Shown: one piece after another, positions 11,804 through 23,636 of the stretch | How positions within the stretch are numbered: the first letter of the stretch is position 1 | Layout: each line of letters starts with the position of its first letter | DNA from: Chlorokybus atmophyticus | Taxonomy: Eukaryota > Plantae > Mesostigma and Chlorokybus algae | Reading direction: 5' to 3' | DNA length: 37,611 nt | Assembly (NCBI GenBank): GCA_009103225.1 | Contig: RHPI01001056.1 | Location: forward strand, 122,701-160,311 | The notes under the pieces: model-generated | Database searches by the model: none | Told to the model about the DNA's origin: nothing | What the model saw: the letters and a program-made list of their open reading frames with translations, nothing else | Made by a program: the position numbers and the translations under genes

Positions 11804-12489
11804 CAAACCATGTCATGCTTCTAACATAAAGATACCCTCTGTTCGTTCTCTTGTTTTGTTGTAGACGCTATCTGTCTGAACAGCAGGAATAGTGTTATCT
11901 AGCACGCGTGTAAGCTCAGTGCACTTGCTTTCAGCTAAATCAGTTTTCCCGTTTAGGGGGCGTACAGATGCCTCTCTAACAGCGTGATTGACTGTGTCGT
12001 TGCTGATGAAACAGGTCAGGTCTATAAATTCACAATAACATGTACGCGCATGCACTAGCAAAGCGTTCTCAACACTTACGTTCTATCTTGGATTTCGTGC
12101 GACCTGTGGTTATTTTAGCACCCTCAATGTGTAGGTGCCTAAAGATTTACCAACTTGTCGCGGTGCAGTGCAAGCGGCGAGGTACGCCCCGTCTTCGAGC
12201 GCAACGCCGTGGCGAGCTGCCATCTCTATTGCCTCTTTAATAAAATTTTCTTTAGCCGCCTCGTAAAAGTACTCCATGACCTGAGGTAACAACACAGGGG
12301 ATCATCACATTGTTTGCGTAGCTAAATGATAACTTCATTGACAGCACAGATCTCACAGACCGCACAAATACGATCTACAACAGCAAGAGCAAGTGTCTGG
12401 CACAGTAAGTGATATCTATAGGCATAAGCCATAGGCTGCATGTACTCACATTGTCTGTAGGTTGCTCGTGTAGAGGTGGAGGGAAGGGA

Positions 12490-12960
12490 TCGTATTTCAT
12501 GAGCAGCTCTGCCCCAGCGGCGATGACACTCTGACTCTTGCCTCAGCTACCTGCACCGCAGCCTCATCAACGGAGTCCAGGATGTGGCAGTTGGGATTGT
12601 ACTGCGTATTACGGCTGGAGTTGAGGAAGCTAGCTATGTTCCCATATCGAGGGTGGCCATCGATGACTGGGCTCTGGCGGCGTGGTACGTCATTAATGAC
12701 CTGCAGGTGGTATCACTCGTGGTGCTGGTGCTCCTTCTATGGGAATGTGTTCCAAATCTCCTGGTAGGAGTACCACTTGCCGTCAAAGACCATGATGCGT
12801 TCACCCTTCTTGATAGGCCGGCAGGTGAACACTGTTGTGTGGCACTGTTGAGTGGCACTCTCAGCCCTGCATCGGGCATGTTGGAAGGCTTGATGATAAA
12901 CTCTTTGTTCGCAAAATAGAAGTGTTCGCCTATGGGAATTTGAACGTTTGTCCACAGCTG
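12490..12960 (-). pseudogene. Decayed SET-domain (lysine-methyltransferase-like) coding region
   Basis: Stitched reading: IIKPSNMPDAGL(R)V-FTCRPIKKGERIMVFDG...YHLQV...VIDGHPRYGNIASFLNSSRNTQYNPNC...VIAAGAELLMKYD, showing the four SET signature blocks in order. It is disrupted by a 26-bp insertion, TAG and TGA stops and a further frameshift. GT-AG-bounded exons continue downstream (~12110-12280). Confidence 0.75.
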
Positions 12961-13916
12961 CCATGGGTCACCGGCCGCTCTATGTATGTGCTTGCGGTTG
13001 GGAAGCTCTTTGTCACTTTGCAAACAATCAAGACGAAGTTATGGTAAGTTGGTGTGAATTGTCATAGGCTGCAGCATGGCGCCCATGGCATGTGATCAGC
13101 ATGCATAATACCATGCGAACAAAGACGCACCCGCAAATTTTCTTCTAATGGCGGTGGCAACTCCACAGTGTCCATCCCCGTCTTGGTGAATCGATTGACC
13201 TCGGCTGCCGCATTGGTCACATCTAGTTGACATGCCTGCCTTGAGCGGTATTGCCTTCACGTATTGAGCTTAGTAGCCTGTGGGGCATCGACTTCAAGTT
13301 GGTTCACCATGCCACCCTGTGTGTCACACGATGGTACGGATATCGTATACATATATTGACTCACAGACTGTCTCGGCCTATGACATAAGACAACGCGCAC
13401 ATGTCCTGATTAAGACAGTCTATCAGTATTTGCATGGTTACTAACAAGTGTTTGGGGAGTTCTAAGAGAGCCGGATGCCAATGACGTTCTTATTTTCATA
13501 TCTCGCCAGCAGCCATGCCTCGGCTTTTGTGCAGGTGGCAACACCTCTACCTCTTCAGCCTGCTCCGCCAATTACAACATCTGCTCCGCAGCCTTCAGCA
13601 CCGACTCCTCCGACCCCTACTGCATCGCATCCTCAAGTTGTTTCTCGAGCTCCTCTGGCTCCCTAGTCTCTGTCGCAGCAAAGTTGAACTCAGTTTCCTC
13701 CGCTGCTGACACTGAGCTTGCTGCCGCTGACGCTTTGTCCGCTCCAGTGTGGTTTGCTCCTTTGCGTAGAGGGGGATGTTGTTTTTTGCACACACAAAAA
13801 AAAAAGGATAAATTGAGAGAAGAGTTTGTGCAGAATACAAACTAGTGCTAGGTACAGGGCTTACTCTAGTCTAGAGTAAGCTAGTGAAAAGAAGGCTGTG
13901 TCTACGATGAACAAAC

Positions 13917-16900
13917 CTAGGTGAGTAAGGGGGGCGCACGGGAAATGTTCTGTGAAGGGTGAGCTATGGGAGGGTTGGATGAAGCGGAAGAAAAGGGGGG
14001 AGGGGGGAGGCTGTGCCAGGTTATACTAGGATGTAGAAGGCACCATGAGGGAGTGCAAAGAAAGTGGTTGTGCCCCCAGCCGGACTGGAAGCGAAGGAAG
14101 GAGCGGAGTTTCTTGTCGGCTGAGGAGACTGTAGACAACATGCACTGCCAATCTCCCTTTGCCAAAAGGAGGATGGAGTGAGACAGGGGGCGGACGCAAT
14201 CCGAAGGAGAGAGGGTGACACTGTCGAAGAGAGAGCGGTTGCGGCTCAACCACAGGTGCGAGAGGACCAGTGGAATCAGCTGCGGGAAGAGAGGTTTAAG
14301 GTGAGGGGGAGTTGCAGGAGGAAGGAGAAGAAGGTGACGAAGAGAGAGAGGGAGAGGGGGTCCCGCTAGGCCAGCCCAGACCTTTGCGAACCACTGCCAT
14401 ACTGCAATGCTGAAGGGGCATTCAACAAAGAGGTGGGAGGGGGTCTCCACCGCGTCCAGGGTGCACAGCACGCACTTGCCCGCCAACATGTGGAAGCGGA
14501 GGAGGCGGTCCCCTGTGTAAAGGGCTTTGTGGACAAGCAGCCAAGTGAAGGAGCGAATGGAGCCCTTTAGGGGAGCGGAATGAATCCTTTTCCACACTGA
14601 GGGCCAGTGAATTCCTTGCTTGTCTTCTGCAGTCCACCGCTTCAGAGCTGGGATGTCTTGGGAGTGTCGTGCTGCAATGGCGGAGTAGCCCAGCTTAGAC
14701 CCATAGTCCCATAGTGAGGTGGTGGAAGGAGAGGGAGGGTGAAGAGTTGTCCACTCTTGCATCAAAGGGTCAAGATGCAGAATGCTCAAAGGGGCGCTGC
14801 CTGCCACACGCCAGCCAAAGAAGCGGATGCCTGGTGGGGAGTCAGCAGCTTGTCGTGTTGAAGCCTGTGTCAGAGACAAGGAGCTCCAACGGCGAGGGGG
14901 TGGAAGAACCCGAACTCGAACCAATCTGCTAACAGGCAAAGACAATGATGAAGGGGATGATAGAGTGTCCTGCTCTTCTCCTGTCAGGTCGAAGGCTGTG
15001 CCACTGCAGCGGTTGTCAGAGCATTGCTCCACATGCAGGACTATCTGTATGCGGGATGAGTTGTCGGGGGAGCCCCACCATTCACCTGCAGCGGGGGAGC
15101 CTACCCCAGCCGAGAGAATAAGACGCCATCTGTCTGGGATAGAGGAGATCAAGGTGGCGAGTTGAGCTTGAACTCGAGAGGTGGATGTGTGAGGCAGCCA
15201 GCGACACAGCTCCTCAGCTGAGTAGAAGGAGCGGCGTGTAGGGCTCAAAAGGTCGCGGATGGTGAGAAACTCTGCAACCACCCATGAGCGCCACTGCCGT
15301 CGTGAGACACTCGTTGCTGCTAGCACTCCTTCCTCAGGGTGCTGGATGTAGGGGTTGAGAAAGATGTGCTGTCGCAGCACTGAGTCGTATGTGTCTGGCT
15401 CAGGGGGGTGAAGAGGACGCACTTGCTGCCAGGCTCGGAAGATGCGTTGCCAGTGTGAGGGTAGATGTTTTATTGGCAACCCCGGGGAGGAGAGGAGTGC
15501 AGCTCCACTGGGAATCCATCGAACAAGCTGCGGGGTAGGGTGATGTTGACCCTGCTGACGTGCTGAGGGGAGAAGTTCACTGCCCCACCAATCCAGGTAC
15601 CTGTGGCCGAGGATCTTCCAAGCTGCCCAAGACGGATCTGAGAGCCTGGCTGCCCACTTGGCTAGCAATGCCGTCGTTTGCCAACCTGGGTCGTGTATGC
15701 CTAAGCCTTCGAGCCTGCGGGGGTGACATACTGTCGACCAGTTGACTAGTCCCCCTGCCTGTCTTGGCCGTTTCCAGAGGAAGGAGCGGATGCTTGATGT
15801 GATTGAGGAAAGGGAGGCAGGTGAAGGCGCAACTACTGCAGCTAGGTGCCACATACATGACAACACTGCGTGTGAAGAGACTATCGCCCTGCCCAGCAAG
15901 GAAAGATGGGAGCGCTCCCAGTGCTTGAGCTTTTGTTGCATGTTCGCGATGGTGTGCTCGAACAACTGTTCCTGCTGCAGGCTGATGCCTAAAGGTACGC
16001 CCAAGACCTTTACTGTTTCATGTGGTGCCAGCCAGCGAAAGCCCCAGGCTGGCAGGACAGAGGGGGTAGGGCCAAGGGGGATGCCTAGAGTCTTCTCCAT
16101 GTTCAGCTGCGAGTCTGAGGCTTGGCAAAACGTGGTGGTGGACTCTTGAAGGCCGGCATATGAGGAGGGGGTCAGCTCGATGTATGCTTCGGCGTCGTCT
16201 GCATAGCCTGTGTAGCGGAGCTCTTGGTCTTGCTCCGGGCCACTTAAAGGGTTCGGGAGACGCAGGCCGCGGATGGAAGGAGAAGAGCGGATAAGTGCAC
16301 CTAGAGATTCCATAGCGAGGGTGAAGAGTGAAGGGGCTAGTGGACATCCTTGACGTACACTTCGTTGAAGAGCGAAGGATCTCGACAAAAAGCCGTTGAT
16401 GCTGACTCTGCTCCTGCCTCCTCCATTCAATGTATGAACCCAGAAACACAGAAGAGCTGGGAACCCCAACCGAAGCAGCACCTTCTGCAAGAAACCCCAG
16501 TCCAACCTATCAAAAGCTTTCTCGAAGTCTAGGAGCAGAAGTGCAGCAGGTTGCTCTGAGCTAATGGCATGAGCCATAGCGTCCATGGCAATGAGTATAT
16601 TGTCCAGGATGTACCGGTGCGGTACAAAGCCAACCTGTGCGGGGTGCACGCATTCGGGGAGAAGGGGACGGATGCGGCTGGCAACTGCTTTGGCGAGGAT
16701 TTTGTAATGGAGAGGGAGCAGGGTGATTGGCCTCCAGTTCTTGAGAGAGCCCCTGTCACTCTTTTTGTAGATCAAAACAATCACACCTTCTCGCTGAGAA
16801 AGGCCTAGCCTTCCAGATTTCAAGACGTGGTGGCAGTATGTAAGGTAGGAGTCCGCGAACATGGGCCAAAAGTGAAGCCAGAAAGGGACTGTGAGTCCGT

Positions 16901-18403
16901 CTTTACCAGGTGCCTTATCTGGAGACATGGCAGCAAGTGCATCTTGCAACTCTTTCAGTTGAAGAGGAAACTCTAAGTCTGCTGCTTGCTGCTGACTGAT
17001 ACGGGGGGAGAGAGCAGCTAGACACTTAGCTGTAGCTGCCGCCGTTTCTGCAGAGGGTACAAGCGTGGATGTGTAAAGATGGTTATAATAGTCGGCACCT
17101 GCCTCGCACATACTCTTCGAGTCTGTGATGGGGGTATCAAATTGGTGGACTCCCTCTGAGATGAAGTGCATGTGGTTTGGGTTGCGTAGCAGGCGTCTTC
17201 GTTGGAAGAAGTATGATGTCATGCGTTCACCTTCCAGCCTCCACTTGCTGGCCATGCGAATAAATGCCTGCTCCATGCTGTGCGAGTGTACATCTTTGAT
17301 GGCAGAGAGAAGGTGTTGGTGAGCTTGTTGATGGCCCAAATCCGATGGTGATGAGGCTAAGGCAAGCTCTGCGTGTGCAAGGTCACTCTGGAGTTGTTGA
17401 AGTTTTGAAATACGCTTGCTGCTACGTCTGTGGGTATGCTGTCTAGCGATAGCTGCAGCCCTCTCCAAAAACTCCTCGAACCAATTGATGTAGGCGTGGG
17501 AGGGGGAGGGAGACATAGTGGAGAAGAGTTCCCACACTGCTTCCACTTCTAAGACATATTCCTCATCATGCAGCAGCGAAGAATCAAACTTCCAAAGCCC
17601 CTTGCCTCTGATTGTGTGACTAGACGACTGCAGCTCAACAAAGACAGGCTTATGGTCGGATGCCCACTCCGAAACCAAGACACTGGGATTCTTGATTGAG
17701 GAGAGGAGGAATTGGGACACATACATACGATCCAGCCGGGCCATACGTCGTGCTGTGCCATTCCTATTGTTGTCCCACGTAAACACACCGCGAGGGTTGG
17801 TAGTTGGCACCTCAAAACGTCCTCTAGGTGTAAACTGTGTTTGAAGTCCAGAAGAGAAGAGTGGTCCATGCCGGACAAGGAACCGTGCTGGGAGCGGTCA
17901 AGATGTTCGTCTTCAACGCAATTCCAGTCTCCACCCAAGACATACCAGTCTGCCGAGGGAAGTGAAGAGTGCATGGACGAGAAAAATGCTGCTCTGTCTC
18001 GAGCATTTGTGGATGGAGAGTAGACGCTTCCAACAAGTAAGGTACCCCCGTCCCAGCCGAGGCGGACCCAACAGCATCGATAAGGAATGGCAATGCCTGA
18101 GTCTATCACCAATGGTTGAAAAGCAGATGTGTATAGCACAGCTGTGCCTCCCTTGGTGCCAAGTGATGGAGCCCATACCGAACCACCTTGCCATAAATGT
18201 TGAATGGACCAGGAGTTGATGTGAAGAAGGTCGAGCTTGGTTTCTTGAAGAAGAAACAAGCCTTCACCCTTGCCTAGTAGAGCGCGCAGTCTAGAGAAGA
18301 TGATGTTCTTGCGAGAAGATCCCAAGCGTGAGTGGTCGCTGCCTAGTCCCCGTACATTCCAAGACCACATCCGAATGTCCGGTGAAAGGCTGGGAGTTGT
18401 CAT
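13917..18403 (-). pseudogene. LINE ORF2 (APE endonuclease, reverse transcriptase, C-terminal CCHC zinc finger), ~1494 aa, with one frameshift near 17780-17810
   Basis: APE motifs WNVRGL, LQETK, GDWNC, RLDR, SDH. RT motifs APGKDG, WRPITLL, LDFEKAFD, QGCPLAP, YADD. Zinc finger CVLC-x8-HLFVEC. Removing a GT duplication in GGTGTGTTT would join the two track ORFs. Confidence 0.93.
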
Positions 18404-21180
18404 TATAAGCCAAGCACATGACCCCAGGAGCAGGGGAGGTGGGGTGGATCATGTTGATGCTGATATGGCCAAGCCAGAGATGGAGGAGGCGGGGGTGATG
18501 CAGTCATGTTTGATGCTCTTTCCGCCTGCTGCATGATATCCACGGAGGTCTGGTGAAGAAGAGAGCCTGGTCCTTCCTTCACATCACCAACGAGGGAGGA
18601 ATCTAGCCATATGATGTCAGCGGTGTCGGCAACATTCATGCTTGACATGGCCTCGGACTCAAGTGGGGTCCACTGCCAAGCGTAAACGTGTATGATGCCT
18701 TCAGAGCTGGTGTGATGTGTAAAGCTGAGTTCTGCAATGTTGTCCATAGCAGAGTTGGGATCGATGCCTAGAGCCCGCGTCGCCATGTCCTTTGAGGCTT
18801 GCAGCTGCTCTACCGGGGATGCGCCCAATGTTGTTGTTGAGGTGGGGATGTGGAGGAGGGGGGAGGAGCTGCGTGAGGTTCCCAGCCACCATGTGTTTCG
18901 CTGCCAGCAATAGACAGTCGAGGCGTACCGTGGTTGGGCTGGAGAGCACTCCGCTGCTCGTGGAGAATGTGATGTGGGGGTGCGGGGGGAGAGAGCCAAG
19001 CGTCTCGCCAGGGGTGGGCGCGATAAAGGAGATGGGGGGGCTGTAGGAAAGCTCCTTGGTGACGGAGAGGACATGTGTGTGTCTTGGCTTGTGTCCTGTT
19101 CTATCTCCTTATCGGACAGCATGTCCTCATCCTCGCCCTCAGCGCCATACTTCACACCACGTTCACTGGCAACTGCGCCTTCCTGCTGCCGTTCAATGCT
19201 CTTGTTTGCTTGCTGACTCTGGCCTGCTGGCCGTGTTTCTGATCAGAAAGTAGCTTGCATGGTACCTTCCGCAGCTGAAGGGGCTGTTGGAGGGGTGAGC
19301 ACTTCATGCTTAAGGTGCAGGGGGGAGGAGGGGACCCAATTCTCCTCAATCCACCGGTTAGCAGCCGTTGCAAGGTCACTCCGGTTGACGTGACCAAGCA
19401 CAGACTTGCTTTGCTTCCTTGTCATTGTTCCGCCTGTGTCTATCCACTGTTGCAGTTGACTCCATTCTTGATTGCGGTGAGGTGAGATGGAGGAGGTATG
19501 CTCAACTACTAGCGAACATACAAGAAACAGGACGGGCTGGTCTGGCTTGCCGCTGATAACAGGGATGGAAGAAAGCAAGAGTGACTCAAGCTTCATCTCA
19601 AGCGAGTCGTCCTCGCCTACTCCTGCTTGCTGCAACGCGGAGCGGAGCACCTCCGTGGCGTAGGAGATAGGTGAGGAAAAGGTTGAAGGTGGGGGGTTGA
19701 GGGATCCGTAAAGGAGTTGTGTTCGTGGTTTGGTGGGCTCGGTGAGCAGCAGGAGAGAGGGGGGACTGCCTGTCGCTGCTGGCGTCATGATCATTGGCAC
19801 AAGTTGTGCAGATGACCATTCTCCTTCCAGCGCCTGGTGGCCTAGAGAGGAGGTAACCGCTGCCAAGTCCAGCGGTGGGTGGGTGGGTGTTGGTTGCGGG
19901 GAGGGCCGTGTGGAGGTGGGTGGGGCGATGATGCTTTCGCCTTCGTCCATCCATGCCTCTGCACCTGCGTCGGCCTCCTACTCTTCTTCCTCAACTCTGT
20001 CACACCAGAGTTTGGAAGGTGTGGCAGAATGTGAGGGACGAGGAGGGGGGGAGGGAGGGCTGGCTGCAGATGCGGGGTGTTGTAATAGGGGCGCCGTCGG
20101 TGCTGTGGTGGAGGGGTGAGGTGGGGGGACAGTCGTGTTCAGCTGTGAAGAAGGCTGTTGGGTGGGGTGGAGAGGTGGAGCCGTTGAGAGAGAGGGTTGG
20201 GGGCGACGTGGTTGTGTGGTTGGAAGTGTCGAGGGGGGGCCCTGCGCACAGCGACTGCGTACATGACCGAAGGAGCTGCACTTGTAGCAGAAGGGAGGGG
20301 AGGATGGTGTGAGGACACGGACGCATGTTGTGATCATGTGGCCTTTGTAGTTGCAGCCGATGTTGATGGTGGAGGGGATGGGTGTAGCTGAATCTTTGGG
20401 GGTGAAGCGGTAGCGAGTGGAGGGGGTGAAGAAGTTGCGGTGAGGAGATGAGTTGAGAAGGGGGGGGCCGATCTCGCCATACTTGCTGACAGTTTGAAGG
20501 AGGGCGGGGAGGACGCGCGGGTGATCTCCATGAAACGAAATCCATGTCTCTTCCACACCAGAGTCTGACCACGGGGAGACTCGCACCACTTTACCACCGA
20601 GATTGGGTAGCGTGCCTGCCCTAGCACGTGTGAGCACAGCTGCAGCAGCCTCCGGTGATGACAGGACTACTTGAACCTCCCCTTTGCGGGGGTAATGCAT
20701 AGAAACTATGCCACATTTGTTGGAGGTAGAGACGCACACCGACTCAATGTATGTTAATCTAGTGAGTAGTGTCTGTGACTCTACATAGCTGAATCGAAAA
20801 GATAGTGCACAATCCTCTAAGACTCTCTGCCAATCTGAGAAGGAGGAAGAGTCCAGAACAACTTCTACACTATCCTCCACTACTGTGACTGACTGCAAGA
20901 GTATGGGATATGTGGAAAAGAAGGTCAACAGGTCGCTAGTGCTAGTAGTGCTACTAGACTTAGCTTGTGTAGAAGAGACTGGGGAGGATCTTGCTGCTTC
21001 CACCCATGCCTTGGGCTGGAGGGGAGGAAGAGAGACGGTGGAGGGGTCTGCTGACTGGAACAGAGCTGCTACGGAGGGGTGAAGGGTGATGTTTTGAGTG
21101 AAGGGGGTTTGGGATGAGGGGAGTGTAGGGTGAGAAGTTTTGCTAGGAAGGGGGGGGAAGGAATCTGAGTCAGCCGTCAT
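18403..21180 (-). pseudogene. LINE ORF1 (~925 codons, Gag-like with one CCHC knuckle), with two in-frame premature stops
   Basis: Track ORFs 19978-21210, 19243-19950 and 18403-19155 are all in one frame, separated only by a TAG (19978-19980) and a TGA (19243-19245). The knuckle is CYKCSSFGHVRSRC, followed by a long Pro/Ser-rich region. Confidence 0.85.
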
Positions 21181-21983
21181 TGCTGTGGTGCTTCTGACCG
21201 GCCAGATCAACCTTCTACGTAGAGGTGTAGCTAGGCAGGGTCAGCTAACGGCTAAGGGTGTGAGAGCAGCAACTGTGGTAGTTGGACACACAATCTCAGG
21301 CCTCACAGCGCTTGCCCAAGACAGGCACGCTCAGCCTCCTGTGTTCCACACAGCGCAAGCACCCAGCTTACCCCCTCGCCGCCGCCACCGCCGCCGTCGC
21401 TGTGTCGTGCTGACGTTACAGCCGCAACGGTCGGATTTGCCGCTGCGCCGCTGCGCCGTCCTCGCTGCAGGCGATGGTGGTGTTAAGGGGGGTAGAGGGT
21501 GGTGATAGAGAGGTGATAGAGGTCTCAGGGGGGGGGACGGGTGGTCCCCCACGCCCCTGCCATCGCCGCCGCCGATAAACTTGCCAAGGCCGCCGCCGCC
21601 GCCGGTGTGTAGCTTCCGGCCTGCACATGAGGGGGATGTTGTTGGCATCGCGCTCAGCGTCATCTCAAAATTGCTTGTTCTGAGTAACAAGCGACAAGGT
21701 TAGCAACCAAGGCGTTGTAATGGCATTTGTTTAGCTAGCAATTGCATGCTGCATGTGCTTACAAATGCAAAGGCTCCAGTTTGATGCTTTTGCAAATACT
21801 CCTCGGTGGCTCTCCGCGCACTGTTAATGGAAACTCTACTTTGTTTTTAATGTTTCAGGGCCTGCAAACCAACATATGCTTCACGTAAGTCAATTTTATT
21901 GCACAGTCTATTGCCCAGATATCACTTCACTAGCATGCATACAATGTCTATAAGTCTATAAGTTTATAAGAACACACGCACTT

Positions 21984-22500
21984 TCACAACATCACACGCA
22001 CCCGTACTGCTTTGGAGAGAGAATCTCCCATCTGTCCCTTCAGCTCATATGCTAACTCCCTGCCACCCTGCTTGGTTTGTCTGCGCATGTACTTGCAATA
22101 TCTGATGTCCAGGTGCTGCGGGGTCTTTGCAGTTTTGTTGTGTGTGGGTTCCGAAAGCCCGATGAACTTTAAATGGCCCGCCTTCACGTTTGTATTGCAT
22201 TAGGGACAGTGCCAATAGAAGTCCGCTGGTTTGAAGGCTGCCTCCGAGTCTCCTCTGAAGTCCACAATGCCGCCGATACGGTAGGGATGTCATCATCCAT
22301 GGTGTTTCAGCTTGCTGATCTTTGCAACAACTTGCTCCGGATAACACTTTTGTGCGACATAAGCCAGCACTCCGCTACCACACCTCCGCCAGCACCGCTA
22401 CAATCACCTTTGGCACTCCCAATATCACGCTGCCGGCGGCAACACAGGCGATTGCATAGGCCGCTCCGACGAACTCTATGTCACACAAGCACTGGAAGTT
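21984..22500 (-). pseudogene. Possible decayed coding remnant upstream of the LINE insertion, function unknown
   Basis: Protein-like reading YPEQVVAKISKLKHHG**HPYRIGGIVDFRGDSEAAFKPADFYWHCP*CNTNVKAGHLKF..., with stops explainable by C-to-T changes. No family recognised. Confidence 0.3.
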
Positions 22501-23064
22501 AATATACTTGGAACTTTTTTTTTGTTAATTTCCGGCAGTGTTTTGTTCGTGCGCGCGTGCGTTGTGCGCAGTATAACTTCGGTACTGGTTATTGCAGCTG
22601 CATTAAGTTGTGCTATAGCCTCTCGTGCTATAGACTGCTGTATGAGCCTTTTGTCACCTGGAAGCTTGGGTGCTTTATGCATAGTGTAACAATGGTCATC
22701 GTAGTGCCTTATGCCAGCCAAATGTTCAACCTTGGCAACAGCGGCCAGAAAACTTGGGACAGGTTCCTGAGGGACAACTTTTCCTCTGTGCACCCCACCT
22801 GTGTGAAACATGGACAAGTCCACCAACCAGCTCAAGCAGTGGGAGCAAATCCCTGGTCTAGGTTGGAAGGAGGTGAATTTTCACAAGCGGAGCATGGATC
22901 TTGCAGCGCAGGCCAGCATTGCCAAGCTGGAGAGATTCTGTGAGGAGTTAGAGCCGGAGCTGGAGCCTTTAGTATATGGGGAAGGCATGGATCTCCATAT
23001 GTCCAGAGGTCAATTGCTTTCTGCGACGGTTTGCTTTTTATGCCTTGTCTGCAGCTCGGTTTTT

Positions 23065-23613
23065 GTTCAGCTGTACCAAGCTAGTCTTCATGCATATAGC
23101 AATCTTTAATAGCCGTCAAGCTGCTTTTGCTGCTGGTCAGCGCTGCCACTCTTGCCAGTCAGTTGCCATCACATAGTTTGCAAAGTTGTCGCGTCACTTG
23201 ACATGGATGCCTTGCTGTTCAGCTGCAATCAGCTAGTTCTTCATGCATATCCCGCTGTTGTTACTCCATGCATATCCAGCTGTTTTTACTACTTAGTTAG
23301 TGGTGCCACTATTCCAGGTCGATTACGATTACGTTGTTTGCCAAGTTATCACGTCACTTTACATACTTGCTGTTCAGCTGAGGTCAGCTAGTTCTCCATG
23401 CATATCCAGCCGCTTTTACTACAGGTTAGTGGTGCCACTATTGCAGGTCAATTGCAATCACGTTTTTTGACCAAGTTGTCACGTCACTTAACATAGATGG
23501 CTTGCTGTTCAGCTGAAATCAGCTAGTCTCCATGCATATGCGGCTGTTTTTACTACTGGTTAGTGGTGCCACTGTTGCAAGTCAGTTACTATTACATCGT
23601 TTGCCAAGTTATC
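23065..23613. repeat. Diverged tandem array of four ~135-155-bp units
   Basis: GTTCAGCTG...CAGCTAGT...CATGCATAT...GTGGTGCCACT...CCAAGTT units start at about 23065, 23217, 23372 and 23507. Confidence 0.85.
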
Positions 23614-23636
23614 ATATTACTATTTGTCAAGCTGAA

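Larger units (their letters stand above)
13784..21628 (-). mobile_element. Full-length L1/Tx1-like non-LTR retrotransposon (~7.85 kb) with 15-bp TSD and short A tail
   Basis: GAGGGGGATGTTGTT lies at 13769-13783 and 21629-21643. The element has a 5'UTR, ORF1, ORF2 (APE-RT-CCHC) and a 3'UTR ending in A6 on the minus strand. Confidence 0.95.

Noticed and set aside
17780-17810. Programmed ribosomal frameshift in LINE ORF2
   Set aside because: No slippery heptamer. A GT dinucleotide duplication inside the endonuclease explains it more simply.
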